Assembly: GCA_031287215.1 (NCBI GenBank)
Contig: JAITTF010000205.1
Coordinates: 1-38,023, forward strand
Source: Bacteroidales bacterium
GTDB taxonomy: Bacteria > Bacteroidota > Bacteroidia > Bacteroidales > WCHB1-69
Direction of reading: 5' to 3'
Length of the DNA stretch: 38,023 nucleotides
Position 1 is the stretch's first letter. Each line of letters opens with the position of its first letter. Made by a program: the position numbers and the translations under genes. This document shows, piece after piece, positions 28,827 to 38,023 of the stretch. The notes beneath the pieces were generated by a model. The model had not been told where the DNA came from. It saw nothing but the letters and a program-made list of their open reading frames with translations, and did no database searches.

Positions 28827-29309
28827 ATGAAAACAATAGATTTAACTATTACCACCCAACATTACGAATCATTGTCAGAATTATCTGAAGAGATGCAGCA
28901 GTTGGTAGCTGCAGCCAAACAGAGTGCTTCAAGGGCGTATGCTCCTTATTCACAATTTAAGGTAGGTGCCGCCATTTTGCTTCAAAATGGGGAGGTAATT
29001 ACCGGCAATAATCAAGAGAATGCCGCCTATCCGTCCGGGTTGTGTGCTGAACGGACAGCAGCATTTTATGCCTCTTCACAATATCCAAACACTCCATTTT
29101 TACAGTTGGCAATCTTTGCTACCGGCAGCAAAGGCACCCTATCAAAACCGGTAACGCCTTGTGGCAGTTGCCGACAAGCCTTGTTGGAGTACGAAAACAA
29201 ATTCAAAAATAACATCACCATCATTCTTGCCAACGACCAAGAGTGTTATGTTTTAGATTCGATAAAATCACTCCTTCCCTTCTCTTTTGGGATGGATGAT
29301 TTGGTGTAA
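28827..29309 (+). CDS. cdd: Cytidine deaminase
   Basis: AYAPYS.F.VGAA, NQENAAYPSGLCAERTA, PCGSCRQ. Confidence 0.95.
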   Translation: MKTIDLTITTQHYESLSELSEEMQQLVAAAKQSASRAYAPYSQFKVGAAILLQNGEVITGNNQENAAYPSGLCAERTAAFYASSQYPNTPFLQLAIFATGSKGTLSKPVTPCGSCRQALLEYENKFKNNITIILANDQECYVLDSIKSLLPFSFGMDDLV

Positions 29310-29326
29310 TCGGCGTAAATTTTCTT

Positions 29327-31393
29327 TTACTTCAAATAACCATCCAACCATCTAAAAAATTCTCTTTGCCAGAGGATTGAATTTTGTGGTTTTAAGACAA
29401 AATGGCTCTCATCAGAAAAAAAGAGAAAACGGCTGGGAATGCCTTTCATTTGAGCTGCATCAAAAGCTTGCATCCCTTCGGTATAAGGGATTCTAAAGTC
29501 ATTGCCACCATGAATAACCAACAACGGGGTATCCCAATTGCCGATAAATTTATGGGGAGAAAATTCGTAACTCTTGGGAGTTGGATTTTCCCAAAAAGCA
29601 CCCCCAATATCATGATTTGCAAAAAACAGCTCTTCCGTAGTGCCATACCAACTTTCAAAATTGAACATACCACAATGAGCAATAAAGCATTTAAAACGCT
29701 TTTGATGATGTCCGGCAAGCCAATAGACAGAAAAACCACCATAACTGGCACCTACAGCTCCCAGACGGTTGGCATCAACATAAGGCTCTTTAGCCATAAA
29801 ATCTATTGCCGACAGATAATCTTTCATGTTTTGTCCACCGTAATCCAAACTAATCTGGTCATTCCACTCCTGTCCAAATCCGGGAAGCCCTCTTCTATTG
29901 GGAGCTACAATAATATAACCATGAGCCGCCATAATTTGGAAATTCCAACGGTATGAAAAAAATTGACTTACAGGTGATTGAGGACCACCTTCACAATACA
30001 ACAATGTAGGATAGGTTTTAGTAGAATCAAAATTGGGCGGTAATATAACCCACGTAAGCATTGGTTTACCGTCAGTGGTAGTGATCCATTTTGCAACGGT
30101 TTCGCCCATCGTTATTTTAGCAAGTACCTCATCATTAGTATGGGTAATCTGTCTTTCAGCTCCATCATTGCAATTAATAGCAAACAATTCAGCAGGCAAC
30201 GAATGCTTTGTTTTGCTGGTTACTAATTGATCTTCAGCGGCTAATGCTAATGAGTGATAATCTTGTTCTCCTTTAGTCAGTTTTTTGATTTGATGGTCTG
30301 CAATTGACAGTTCATAAACTTGATAAGTACCTGAAATACAACTTAAAAACCACATTTTTTTACCATCTTTACTCCAAACAAAATCGGTACAACTTTGATC
30401 AAAATCTTTAGAGTAATCTTCCGAAATTCCGGTGTTAAAATCGTGAATAAACAGACGTTGTTTGTCCGACTCAAAACCATCGGTTTTCATACTTGACCAA
30501 GCGATTTTTGAACCGTCAGGAGAAAACACAGGAGCTAAATCATATCCCAAATTATCGGCAGTGATATTTTTAGTCTGTTTATTTTTAATATTATAGATAA
30601 AAACATCCGTATTAGTACTTTCTGCAAATGCTTTCCCCGACAATCGTTTACAAGTATATGCTAAAGATTTGTTGTCGGAAGACCAAACCAGGTCTGTAGC
30701 ATCAAATTTTTCTGTATTTAATAGGTCAACACTATTTTCAAAAGAGGGATAATCAGCAACAAAGAGATGTTCATAACTACCATCATTCCAATGGTCCCAA
30801 TGACGATACATCAGATCATCGTATATCATGCCGGTAGCTAATGGCAGGTCAGGGTAACGATCTACAATAGTAGGGTCAACTTGAACGGTCTTAAAGTAAG
30901 CAACATGTTTCATATCAGGGGCAAAGCTCAAGCTATTGATTCCACCTTCAATATTCGTAATTTGTTGAACATCAGAACCATCTAAATTACATTCAAAAGC
31001 CTGAACGGTTTCATCGTCCACATCGCGAAGAAAAATCACCTTCTTACCATCCGGTCTCCAAATAGCACCAAACTCATTTTGTGGGGTTGTAGTAAGTTGT
31101 GTAGGTTCTCCTCCGGCAACGGGAATCGTAAAAACCTCTTGATTCCCTTTATTTTTCTTATAGTCAAAGTATTTGACCGTATAGAGCAACATTTTGCCAT
31201 CGGGAGAGAGTTGAGGATCTGCCACTCTTCCAAGATACCACAGAATCTCTTCGGTAAGCACTCCTTTGGAGAAATCGGGAACTTCACGATTTTCTTTCGT
31301 AATCAAGTTTTCATCTTTAACTGTAACTTTTTTTTCTTGACATGAACTCATGACGATAAGAATTAAGAATAGAGTAGAAAGGATTTTTTTCAT
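29327..31393 (-). CDS. S9-family peptidase, dipeptidyl-peptidase 5-like lipoprotein
   Basis: Lipobox MSSC, beta-propeller SPDG repeats, EGGPQ, nucleophile GASYGG, D (NDFRI) and H (DESHFV). Confidence 0.93.
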   Translation of the reverse strand: MKKILSTLFLILIVMSSCQEKKVTVKDENLITKENREVPDFSKGVLTEEILWYLGRVADPQLSPDGKMLLYTVKYFDYKKNKGNQEVFTIPVAGGEPTQLTTTPQNEFGAIWRPDGKKVIFLRDVDDETVQAFECNLDGSDVQQITNIEGGINSLSFAPDMKHVAYFKTVQVDPTIVDRYPDLPLATGMIYDDLMYRHWDHWNDGSYEHLFVADYPSFENSVDLLNTEKFDATDLVWSSDNKSLAYTCKRLSGKAFAESTNTDVFIYNIKNKQTKNITADNLGYDLAPVFSPDGSKIAWSSMKTDGFESDKQRLFIHDFNTGISEDYSKDFDQSCTDFVWSKDGKKMWFLSCISGTYQVYELSIADHQIKKLTKGEQDYHSLALAAEDQLVTSKTKHSLPAELFAINCNDGAERQITHTNDEVLAKITMGETVAKWITTTDGKPMLTWVILPPNFDSTKTYPTLLYCEGGPQSPVSQFFSYRWNFQIMAAHGYIIVAPNRRGLPGFGQEWNDQISLDYGGQNMKDYLSAIDFMAKEPYVDANRLGAVGASYGGFSVYWLAGHHQKRFKCFIAHCGMFNFESWYGTTEELFFANHDIGGAFWENPTPKSYEFSPHKFIGNWDTPLLVIHGGNDFRIPYTEGMQAFDAAQMKGIPSRFLFFSDESHFVLKPQNSILWQREFFRWLDGYLK

Positions 31394-31408
31394 ACTAATA
31401 AATTTATA

Positions 31409-33037
31409 TTAATTATTTTTGTTGTTATTTTTTTCTATAACATTTTCTCCTTTGATCACCGATATTGCCTTCAATACCGTTTTATCACTACTGTTAATAA
31501 TCTGATAAAAGGCTTTGTTTTGGTAAAGGTTTTTGCCGACAAATGCTTTGAGCCACAATTTCAACTCTTTTTTGGAAGTTTCATTAAGCACAACAGGATG
31601 TGCACCATTTTTAACATTGTAAGCTTTTACTAACTCATTACACAACGACTCTTCTACAAACATTTTCTTGATAAAATCTTCCGGTGTAGCATAAATTGAT
31701 TTTAGATTTTTACTGTTTTTTGTAGTATAATCAAAGGCAAATTGGGTAAAAACGGAAGAGTTGGCAATCATATTAAAAGGAATAAGAGTACTATCTCTAC
31801 CTATAGGCACAAAATAGTCGGGCATAATACCACCACCACCATAGACAACACGCCCTTTTTTAGTAAAATGTTTCAATTTTTCGTCAAACTTAACATTAGC
31901 AGTAGAATCCATTTCTCCATTTTGAAAACGATTTAAGACCTCTTCAGAATAGGCTTCCACACCGTTGATGTACTGTTTTTGAATAGATCTTCCACTGGGA
32001 GTATGGTATCTTGAGGTGGTAAGACGTATATTGGAATGGTCAACCAATTCAAATTGCTGTTGTACCAATCCCTTCCCAAAAGAGCGTCTTCCTACGATCC
32101 ATCCTCTATCATTGTCCTGAACAGCTCCGGCAACAACTTCGGAAGCAGAAGCACTAAAATCGTCAATCAAAACTACTAAAGTTCCTTTCTCAAACTGACC
32201 ATATTTAGTAGCAAGATAGCTTTGCGACTTAGCATGTAACCCTTCTGTATAGACAATCAAATCATCTGCCGGAAGCAGTTCATCACAAACAGCAATAGCT
32301 GCATCTAAATAACCACCGGAGTTACCTCTAAGGTCAAGAATGAGTTTTTGCATTCCCAAATTGATTAACTTAAAAAGGGCACGTGAAAACTCGTCTGCTG
32401 TAGTAGCTCCAAATTGGTCTATCCTGATGTAACCAATATCATTTTGAACCATATAGTAAGTATCCACCGTATAGGTAGGAATTTTATCACGTATCAATTC
32501 AAAATGATTCACTGTGGGCACTCCTTGACGTAGAATGCCTAACTTAACTTTGCTGTTTTTAGCACCTCGCAGTCTATTGAGCACATCTTCATTGGAGATG
32601 CCTACCCCTGCAAAATGCTCCTCATCAACCAGCACAATGCGATCGCCGGTAAAGATGCCCACTTTATCTGCCGGTCCACCGGAAATGACCGCAACTACCG
32701 TTACCGTATCGTTGATGATCGAAAACTGAACTCCAATACCATCAAAAGAGCCGTTGAGTTGCTCTTGCAGGATCTTATTATCCACAGCATTGGCGTACGT
32801 AGAGTGAGGGTCTAAACTTTGAAGCATGCCCGTGATGGCTGCCTCCATCAATTTATCATTATTCACCGTATCCATGTAATAATGGTCGATATATTGCAAA
32901 ACTTGCTCAAGTTTAGTCAAATTACCCTTTGTTCTTTTATTGGCAGGTTGAATAAAGATAAAAGCCACCGTAATTCCCAATAAAAAAGGGAATAAAAAAA
33001 GGATTATTTTTCTAAATTTGGTTCCGGATTTTTCCAT
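31409..33037 (-). CDS. Second S41 carboxy-terminal processing protease
   Basis: N-terminal TM anchor, LDPHS, FDGIG PDZ, LDLRGNSGG, SASASEVVAGAVQDNDRG, SFGKGLVQ. Confidence 0.95.
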   Translation of the reverse strand: MEKSGTKFRKIILFLFPFLLGITVAFIFIQPANKRTKGNLTKLEQVLQYIDHYYMDTVNNDKLMEAAITGMLQSLDPHSTYANAVDNKILQEQLNGSFDGIGVQFSIINDTVTVVAVISGGPADKVGIFTGDRIVLVDEEHFAGVGISNEDVLNRLRGAKNSKVKLGILRQGVPTVNHFELIRDKIPTYTVDTYYMVQNDIGYIRIDQFGATTADEFSRALFKLINLGMQKLILDLRGNSGGYLDAAIAVCDELLPADDLIVYTEGLHAKSQSYLATKYGQFEKGTLVVLIDDFSASASEVVAGAVQDNDRGWIVGRRSFGKGLVQQQFELVDHSNIRLTTSRYHTPSGRSIQKQYINGVEAYSEEVLNRFQNGEMDSTANVKFDEKLKHFTKKGRVVYGGGGIMPDYFVPIGRDSTLIPFNMIANSSVFTQFAFDYTTKNSKNLKSIYATPEDFIKKMFVEESLCNELVKAYNVKNGAHPVVLNETSKKELKLWLKAFVGKNLYQNKAFYQIINSSDKTVLKAISVIKGENVIEKNNNKNN

Positions 33038-33119
33038 TGTTAATGCTCTAAAGTTTTATAGTTTCAACATATTGTTGCATAAACGCAATAATTAGTAATA
33101 AATTGTTTTAAGAGTAGCC

Positions 33120-34229
33120 TTAGAATTGCAGTAAAATTCCCAAGCTGCCTACTGTGGCACCGATGAATAATTTGATAAGTTTGACTTTGACAAAATTCAT
33201 TCTCGATTCGGCTACTAAAGGTAAAGCACTGTGCCCCTCCTGAACAATAAAATTTGCCAAAAGAATAGAAAACGGTATTACTCCATTGAAATACAAGATA
33301 ATAAAAATCAAATGTGGTCCCGATTCGGGTATTAAACCGATCAGAAGTGCAAATAACAATACTACAAAAACAGCCCACTCATTGCCGGAGAGAAAACTAT
33401 TGATATCAATAAAATTAAGGAGTAAATGTACCCCCATTAAGATTCCAAATGTCCATAAAAATAGCGACCAAAAATGCTGTTTAATAACATGATCCCATAA
33501 ATGCGATTTGATAAAATGGTTGGAAGTAAACGCCACAATCATCAATACACAAAGTCCGAAAAGTGCGAATAAAATGATCTCCCATGATATGCCTTGATGT
33601 GTCTCAATATCAGGATGAAAACCCGAAATCATAATATGAGAGTGTCCAAAACTACCTGATAATAAAAGCAATAGATAAAAAATCAGACCCACAATGAGGA
33701 TGATTTTTGTTGATGAATATTGGGTAATATTCCTAAAAGACCATAATTTATCATGAGAAGGATGATGGTGGTGCGCATCGTCGTGTAACTCTTCATGATC
33801 CGCTTCATGTAAGGCAAAATGATGCCCTTTAAAGTGATTGTCTTTTTTGAAAAAAGTGATGACAATACCCGCAATGATGCCTATGACTAACAACAACGAA
33901 GAAACTAACAGCGTGATTTTAGGACTGTAAGCAACTAAAACGAAAACCTCATCCCCGAGACTGCTAATCAAACCCGCAACCAGTGCCCCAAAAGAGAGCA
34001 TCTGATGGGTAAAAAGAGATACCACCGTAAACCCTCCAAGACACCCCGGAATTAAACCCAAAAATGCAGATGTAACAATTTGTAAACAAGGATGTTGATG
34101 TAGATTACTTGTCCATTTTCCGAAAGAAAAAACATGAACAAATTCAAGCAACAACAACATAATCATCACCAACGCCGTAATAAATACAGCATTCGGAAGT
34201 ACTTCTTTAAGAATATCAAGGAGAAACAC
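33120..34229 (-). CDS. His-rich membrane permease, putative metal (Mn-type, DUF2899-like) transporter
   Basis: Multiple TM segments, repeated GLIPGC / GLIPESGPH motifs, GDE and QEGH motifs, loop HHFALHEADHEELHDDAHHHHPSH. GTG start 7 nt after rbr. Confidence 0.75.
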   Translation of the reverse strand: MFLLDILKEVLPNAVFITALVMIMLLLLEFVHVFSFGKWTSNLHQHPCLQIVTSAFLGLIPGCLGGFTVVSLFTHQMLSFGALVAGLISSLGDEVFVLVAYSPKITLLVSSLLLVIGIIAGIVITFFKKDNHFKGHHFALHEADHEELHDDAHHHHPSHDKLWSFRNITQYSSTKIILIVGLIFYLLLLLSGSFGHSHIMISGFHPDIETHQGISWEIILFALFGLCVLMIVAFTSNHFIKSHLWDHVIKQHFWSLFLWTFGILMGVHLLLNFIDINSFLSGNEWAVFVVLLFALLIGLIPESGPHLIFIILYFNGVIPFSILLANFIVQEGHSALPLVAESRMNFVKVKLIKLFIGATVGSLGILLQF

Positions 34230-34236
34230 CTACCTT

Positions 34237-34815
34237 TTAGATGTTATTCTTTTTGACTTCAAAATAGGCTTGATCATGCAGACAAGCCGGACATTTTGCA
34301 GGTGCAGCTTTGCCGGTAAAAATAAAACCACAATTTCTACATTGCCAAACTACCGGCTCGTCTTTAGCAAACACTTTGTCCGTTTCAATGTTAGTAATAA
34401 AAGCTCTAAAGCGTTCTTCATGTCCTTTTTCAGCTACCGAAATATTTTTGTACATCGCGGCAATTTCCATAAAACCCTCTTCTTTGGCAACTTCTGCAAA
34501 ATGAGGATACATCTCAGACCACTCTTCGTTTTCGCCATGTGCGCTTTCGTAAAGATTTGCTAAAGTAGTTCCTATAACTCCCGCCGGGAAAGAAGCTGTA
34601 ATTTCTAAAGTGCCGCCTTCTAAATATTTAAACATTCTTTCAGCATGTTCTTTTTCTTGGTCAGCAGTTTCTGTAAAAATAGCTGCGATTTGTTCATAAC
34701 CCTCTTTTTTTGCTTTGCTTGCAAAATAGGTGTAACGCATGCGAGCTTGTGATTCGCCCGCAAAAGACATCATAAGATGTTTTTCGGTTTGTGTTCCTTT
34801 AATACTGTGTGCCAT
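34237..34815 (-). CDS. rbr: Rubrerythrin
   Basis: FAGESQAR.RY, EKEHA, GENEE, EKGHE diiron ligands and C-terminal CRNC...CPAC rubredoxin domain. -7 box TAACTTTGTA at 34865-34874(-). Confidence 0.96.
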   Translation of the reverse strand: MAHSIKGTQTEKHLMMSFAGESQARMRYTYFASKAKKEGYEQIAAIFTETADQEKEHAERMFKYLEGGTLEITASFPAGVIGTTLANLYESAHGENEEWSEMYPHFAEVAKEEGFMEIAAMYKNISVAEKGHEERFRAFITNIETDKVFAKDEPVVWQCRNCGFIFTGKAAPAKCPACLHDQAYFEVKKNNI

Positions 34816-35020
34816 AATAATTTGTATTTAATATTATTTTTTGTTTTTGACTTATTTACAAGGGTACAAAGTTACAAAAAAAAATTCATACTTGGATATT
34901 TATTTTTTAACTAAAAAAAAATCACGATTAACGATTAAACAAAAACAAATTAACTCCTAACAACAATTGGCTCAATCATTATTTTTAGTACTTTTGTAGT
35001 CTTCATAATGAACGTTGGAA

Positions 35021-36124
35021 ATGAAAATAGGTTTTGATGCTAAACGAGCTTTTTTTAATGGTAGTGGATTAGGTAATTATAGCAGAAATCTACTCTCTTC
35101 ACTATTTTTATTACATCCGGAAAATGAGTATCTATTATTTTCTGCATCAACTACAAAGACTCTTTTTGAGGCTGGACTTCCCTATCAAATCCCTCCTGCC
35201 GGTTTGGATGCTCTTTGTCCATCCTTATGGCGTTACAAGGGATTAGGAAAAACGGCAAGTCATTATCGTCCTGATATTTTTCACGGATTAAGTAATGAAC
35301 TCCCTTTAGACATCAAAAAGTCAAAGAGCAAAAACATGGTAAGCATTCACGATGCGATTTTTATGCGCTATCCACAATGGTACAAATGGCACGACAGATT
35401 GATTTATGAACAAAAAACAGCTTTTGCCTGCCAAAATGCTGATACCATTATTGCTACAAGTTACCAAACAAAAGAGGATATATTGCGCTTTTTTAAAGTA
35501 AAGGAAGAAAAAATCGAAGTCGTTTATCAAATTTGCAATCCCATTTTTGCAAACCATAAGGATGCTAAAAAAAGAGCAATAATAGCTGCAAAATGGAATT
35601 TGCCTGCAACTTATTTTCTTATGGCAGGTAACATCGAAGAGCGCAAAAATATAGGGAATGTCATCAAAAGTTTTAAGAAGATCTCTTCCGACGTTGCGTT
35701 AGTCATTGTAGGTAGAAACAATCATTATGCTACCCTATTGAAGGATTTTGCCGTTCAGGAGCATCTTCACAACATCTTTTTTTATCATGACATTTCAAAT
35801 GAGGAGTTGCCCTATTTTTATCAAGGAGCAAAAGCACTGATATTTGCCTCTTATTTTGAAGGTTTCGGCATTCCTATCGTAGAAGCACTTTTCTCAAAGA
35901 TTCCGATTATTGCGAGCAATAGTTCTTGTTTTGAAGAGATTGCAGGAGAGGCTGCTTTGTTCATTAATCCCGATCATGTTGACGAAATATCTGATGCTAT
36001 CAAACTGCTGCTCAATTCGGCACCTCTCTGTCAAACATTGACGGAAAACGGCATTCTTCAATCGCAAAAATTTGAAATGCAAACTATTGTAAATAATCTA
36101 ATGAATGTTTATCTATCTTTATAA
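35021..36124 (+). CDS. GT4 (GT-B) glycosyltransferase
   Basis: MKIGFDAKRAF.N.SGLGNYSR, HGLSNELP, EERKN, FEGFGIPIVEA. ATG 35021 preferred; -7 box at 34989-34998. Confidence 0.92.
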   Translation: MKIGFDAKRAFFNGSGLGNYSRNLLSSLFLLHPENEYLLFSASTTKTLFEAGLPYQIPPAGLDALCPSLWRYKGLGKTASHYRPDIFHGLSNELPLDIKKSKSKNMVSIHDAIFMRYPQWYKWHDRLIYEQKTAFACQNADTIIATSYQTKEDILRFFKVKEEKIEVVYQICNPIFANHKDAKKRAIIAAKWNLPATYFLMAGNIEERKNIGNVIKSFKKISSDVALVIVGRNNHYATLLKDFAVQEHLHNIFFYHDISNEELPYFYQGAKALIFASYFEGFGIPIVEALFSKIPIIASNSSCFEEIAGEAALFINPDHVDEISDAIKLLLNSAPLCQTLTENGILQSQKFEMQTIVNNLMNVYLSL

Positions 36125-36136
36125 TCGTCCTATTTT

Positions 36137-36925
36137 ATGTGTGCTATTTCTGGAATTATCATTACCTTAAATGAAGAAAATAATATCGCAGAAGCGATCC
36201 TCTCCTTGCAACAGATTTGTGATGAGATTATTGTGGTCGATTCTGAGAGCACCGACAATACTGTAGCGATTGCCACCGGATTGGGTGCGAAGGTGATTAT
36301 TTCCCCTTATTCAGGCGATGGCATCCAAAAAAACAAAGGAATCACAGAAGTTACTCATGATTGGATATTCTGTTTAGATGCTGATGAACGAATAATGCCC
36401 GAATTAGCAAACATGATCAACACTTTAGACCTCCATCATTCACAGTATGCAGGTTATGCGGTAAGAAGAAGGAATTTTATCGGCGATCGTTGGATACGTT
36501 GTTGTGGCTGGTATCCCGATTATGTAGTGAGGTTGTTCAATCGACATAAAACACGCTATGCTGCAAGTAAACAACATGCAGCCGTGCCCTTTACCCATTG
36601 CTTTAAACTTAAAGCCGATCTGCTCCACTATTCCTATCATCATATCGGAGAACTCTTTGCCAAACCAAATCGCAATTTCTCTACCCGCAGTGCTAAAATT
36701 CTATTTTTAAAGGGTAAAAAAGTTACCGTTTTTGCCCCTTTTTGCCATGGATTGTGGGCTTTTATTGTTAATTACTTTTTCAAAAAAGGCATTTTTAGTG
36801 GTTTAGACGGATTGACACTTGCCCTTTCAATGGCACAAAATTCGTATCTTAAATATGCAAAACTTATTGAATATTATAGAGATAAAACAGTAAGAAATAA
36901 TGAAAATTTTGAGGAGGTTTGGTAA
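36137..36925 (+). CDS. GT2 glycosyltransferase (WaaE/KdtX-like)
   Basis: IITLNEE, VVDSESTD.T, QKN, LDADE, WYPDY..RLF. Confidence 0.9.
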   Translation: MCAISGIIITLNEENNIAEAILSLQQICDEIIVVDSESTDNTVAIATGLGAKVIISPYSGDGIQKNKGITEVTHDWIFCLDADERIMPELANMINTLDLHHSQYAGYAVRRRNFIGDRWIRCCGWYPDYVVRLFNRHKTRYAASKQHAAVPFTHCFKLKADLLHYSYHHIGELFAKPNRNFSTRSAKILFLKGKKVTVFAPFCHGLWAFIVNYFFKKGIFSGLDGLTLALSMAQNSYLKYAKLIEYYRDKTVRNNENFEEVW

Positions 36926-36938
36926 GATCCAACCTATA

Positions 36939-37640
36939 TTAAATCAATCCCTTAACAACCGATTTTTTTGCGATATAATCTTTAAGATAAAAAGGTTCAA
37001 AAGAAGCTATGTTTTCAAATTGTTTTTCAATATATTGTTGGTAAATTACTGTCGCCATATTGGAGGCAGATAAAGGGGCGTTACTGAAGAAGGCATTTGA
37101 ATGAGTAATCAAAAGATTTTTACATTTTGTAATTCCGTTACCACAAAATACTACCTGATGGTCTTTTAATAGGGTAGAAAAGGTATTTTCTTCAACAATA
37201 ATTGCTTCTGTGTTTTTAATAAGATTTTGTTTGTGATCATACAACTCATAGAACACTTCCATACGGCGTGCATCTATCATTGGGCAATATATAACATTTT
37301 CATTTTTAAGTTGTTTTACAGCACCTAACATGATGTTTTGTAGTGTAGAAATAGAGATTAAGGGAATATTCAAAGTAAAACATAATCCCTTAGCCGTTGA
37401 AGCACCAATTCGCAGTCCTGTATAAGATCCGGGACCACTACTCAAACCAATGGCTTTAATTTTGTCTTTTGGAACGTTAGTGTTTTTAAAGATTTCATCA
37501 ATAAGTGGAATAAGATTTTGAGCGTGAGATTGTCCTATGAGAATCTCTTTTTTATCTATAACCTCTAATTTTTGGGAAAGTGCCACAGAACAGACTTCTG
37601 TTGCAGTTTCTATTAAAAGAAAAAACGGATTATCATTCAT
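36939..37640 (-). CDS. tsaB: tRNA t6A biosynthesis protein TsaB
   Basis: IETATEVCSVAL, GPGSYTGLRIG, PMIDARRMEV, FEPFYLK. Confidence 0.96.
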   Translation of the reverse strand: MNDNPFFLLIETATEVCSVALSQKLEVIDKKEILIGQSHAQNLIPLIDEIFKNTNVPKDKIKAIGLSSGPGSYTGLRIGASTAKGLCFTLNIPLISISTLQNIMLGAVKQLKNENVIYCPMIDARRMEVFYELYDHKQNLIKNTEAIIVEENTFSTLLKDHQVVFCGNGITKCKNLLITHSNAFFSNAPLSASNMATVIYQQYIEKQFENIASFEPFYLKDYIAKKSVVKGLI

Positions 37641-37680
37641 AAAACCAGAGAAGATTGGGAAAACATATTAATTACAATTA

Positions 37681-38023
37681 TTATTGAATGATCAATTTTT
37701 GATTAACAACATCCTTAACCAAAGTTAAAATGAAAAAGATTTTCTGCATCATACCCATCACAAACGAAAGCGTGTCCCCCAGAGGATTTTCTTCCTGAAT
37801 AGTAAACAGGGAGTTCTTGTTGAATACGTTCTCGCCAAGTAGTGTTATTAAATTGATTTTTTTAACTGTAAAATGACCATAGTCTGTATAATTAGTATGA
37901 CTTCCTTGCCCCGATAGAGGAAACCTATAATAATACATAATTTGAGCCATAGCAACTGCTACACAGCCACTAGGACATCTTCCATCATAGCCAGAAGGAG
38001 ATGAAGGATCTAATGGAGAATAT
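37681..38023 (-). pseudogene. Deletion-collapsed C10 (streptopain/SpeB-like) cysteine protease with T9SS tail; 5' part outside the window
   Basis: Frame 1 has the catalytic-Cys motif SGCVAVAMAQIMYYYRFP..GQGSH. A shifted frame (~37863-37715) has WRERIQQELPVYYSGRKSSGGHAFVCDGYDAENLFHFNFG* with the catalytic His. Frame 1 ends VVNQKLIIQ*, like a T9SS CTD end. Confidence 0.85.

Noticed and set aside
4483-36643. Many antisense or overlapping ORFs in the track (e.g. 7341-7952, 14780-15103, 18985-19287, 29402-29956, 33064-33378)
   Set aside because: They overlap well-supported genes on the other strand or frame and have no recognisable motifs; shadow ORFs.
37857-37863. A7 run as a programmed frameshift or phase-variation switch restoring the C10 protease
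   Set aside because: Even if shifted, large essential segments are missing and the second frame stops right after FNFG.

Overview
AT-rich window from a Bacteroidota (probably Bacteroidales) chromosome. The assignment rests on TAnnTTTG -7 promoter boxes before many transcription units, T9SS sorting domains, gldF and DUF4271-like genes. Most of it is housekeeping: RNase E/G 3' part, ahpF, prfA, meaB, 2-oxoacid:ferredoxin oxidoreductase alpha/beta, purMN, a MurD-family ligase, two S41 proteases, cdd, an S9 peptidase, rubrerythrin, glycosyltransferases and tsaB. Four things stand out. (1) A minus-strand aldolase / HAD phosphatase / ThDP enzyme / polyprenol-phosphate GT2 cluster (8985-14639) could make and lipid-load an unusual branched sugar. 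(2) A stand-alone MurD carries MurD2-like (L-Glu ligase) motifs. (3) The purM-purN pair looks Bacillota-type. (4) Several pseudogene remnants are hidden by frameshifts, stops or internal deletions: umuC, an IS1634-like transposase tail, a T9SS cargo, an AlbA/HATPase-wHTH gene and a C10 protease. I saw no rRNA, tRNA, CRISPR array or intact mobile element. All family calls come from motif recognition by eye, not database searches.
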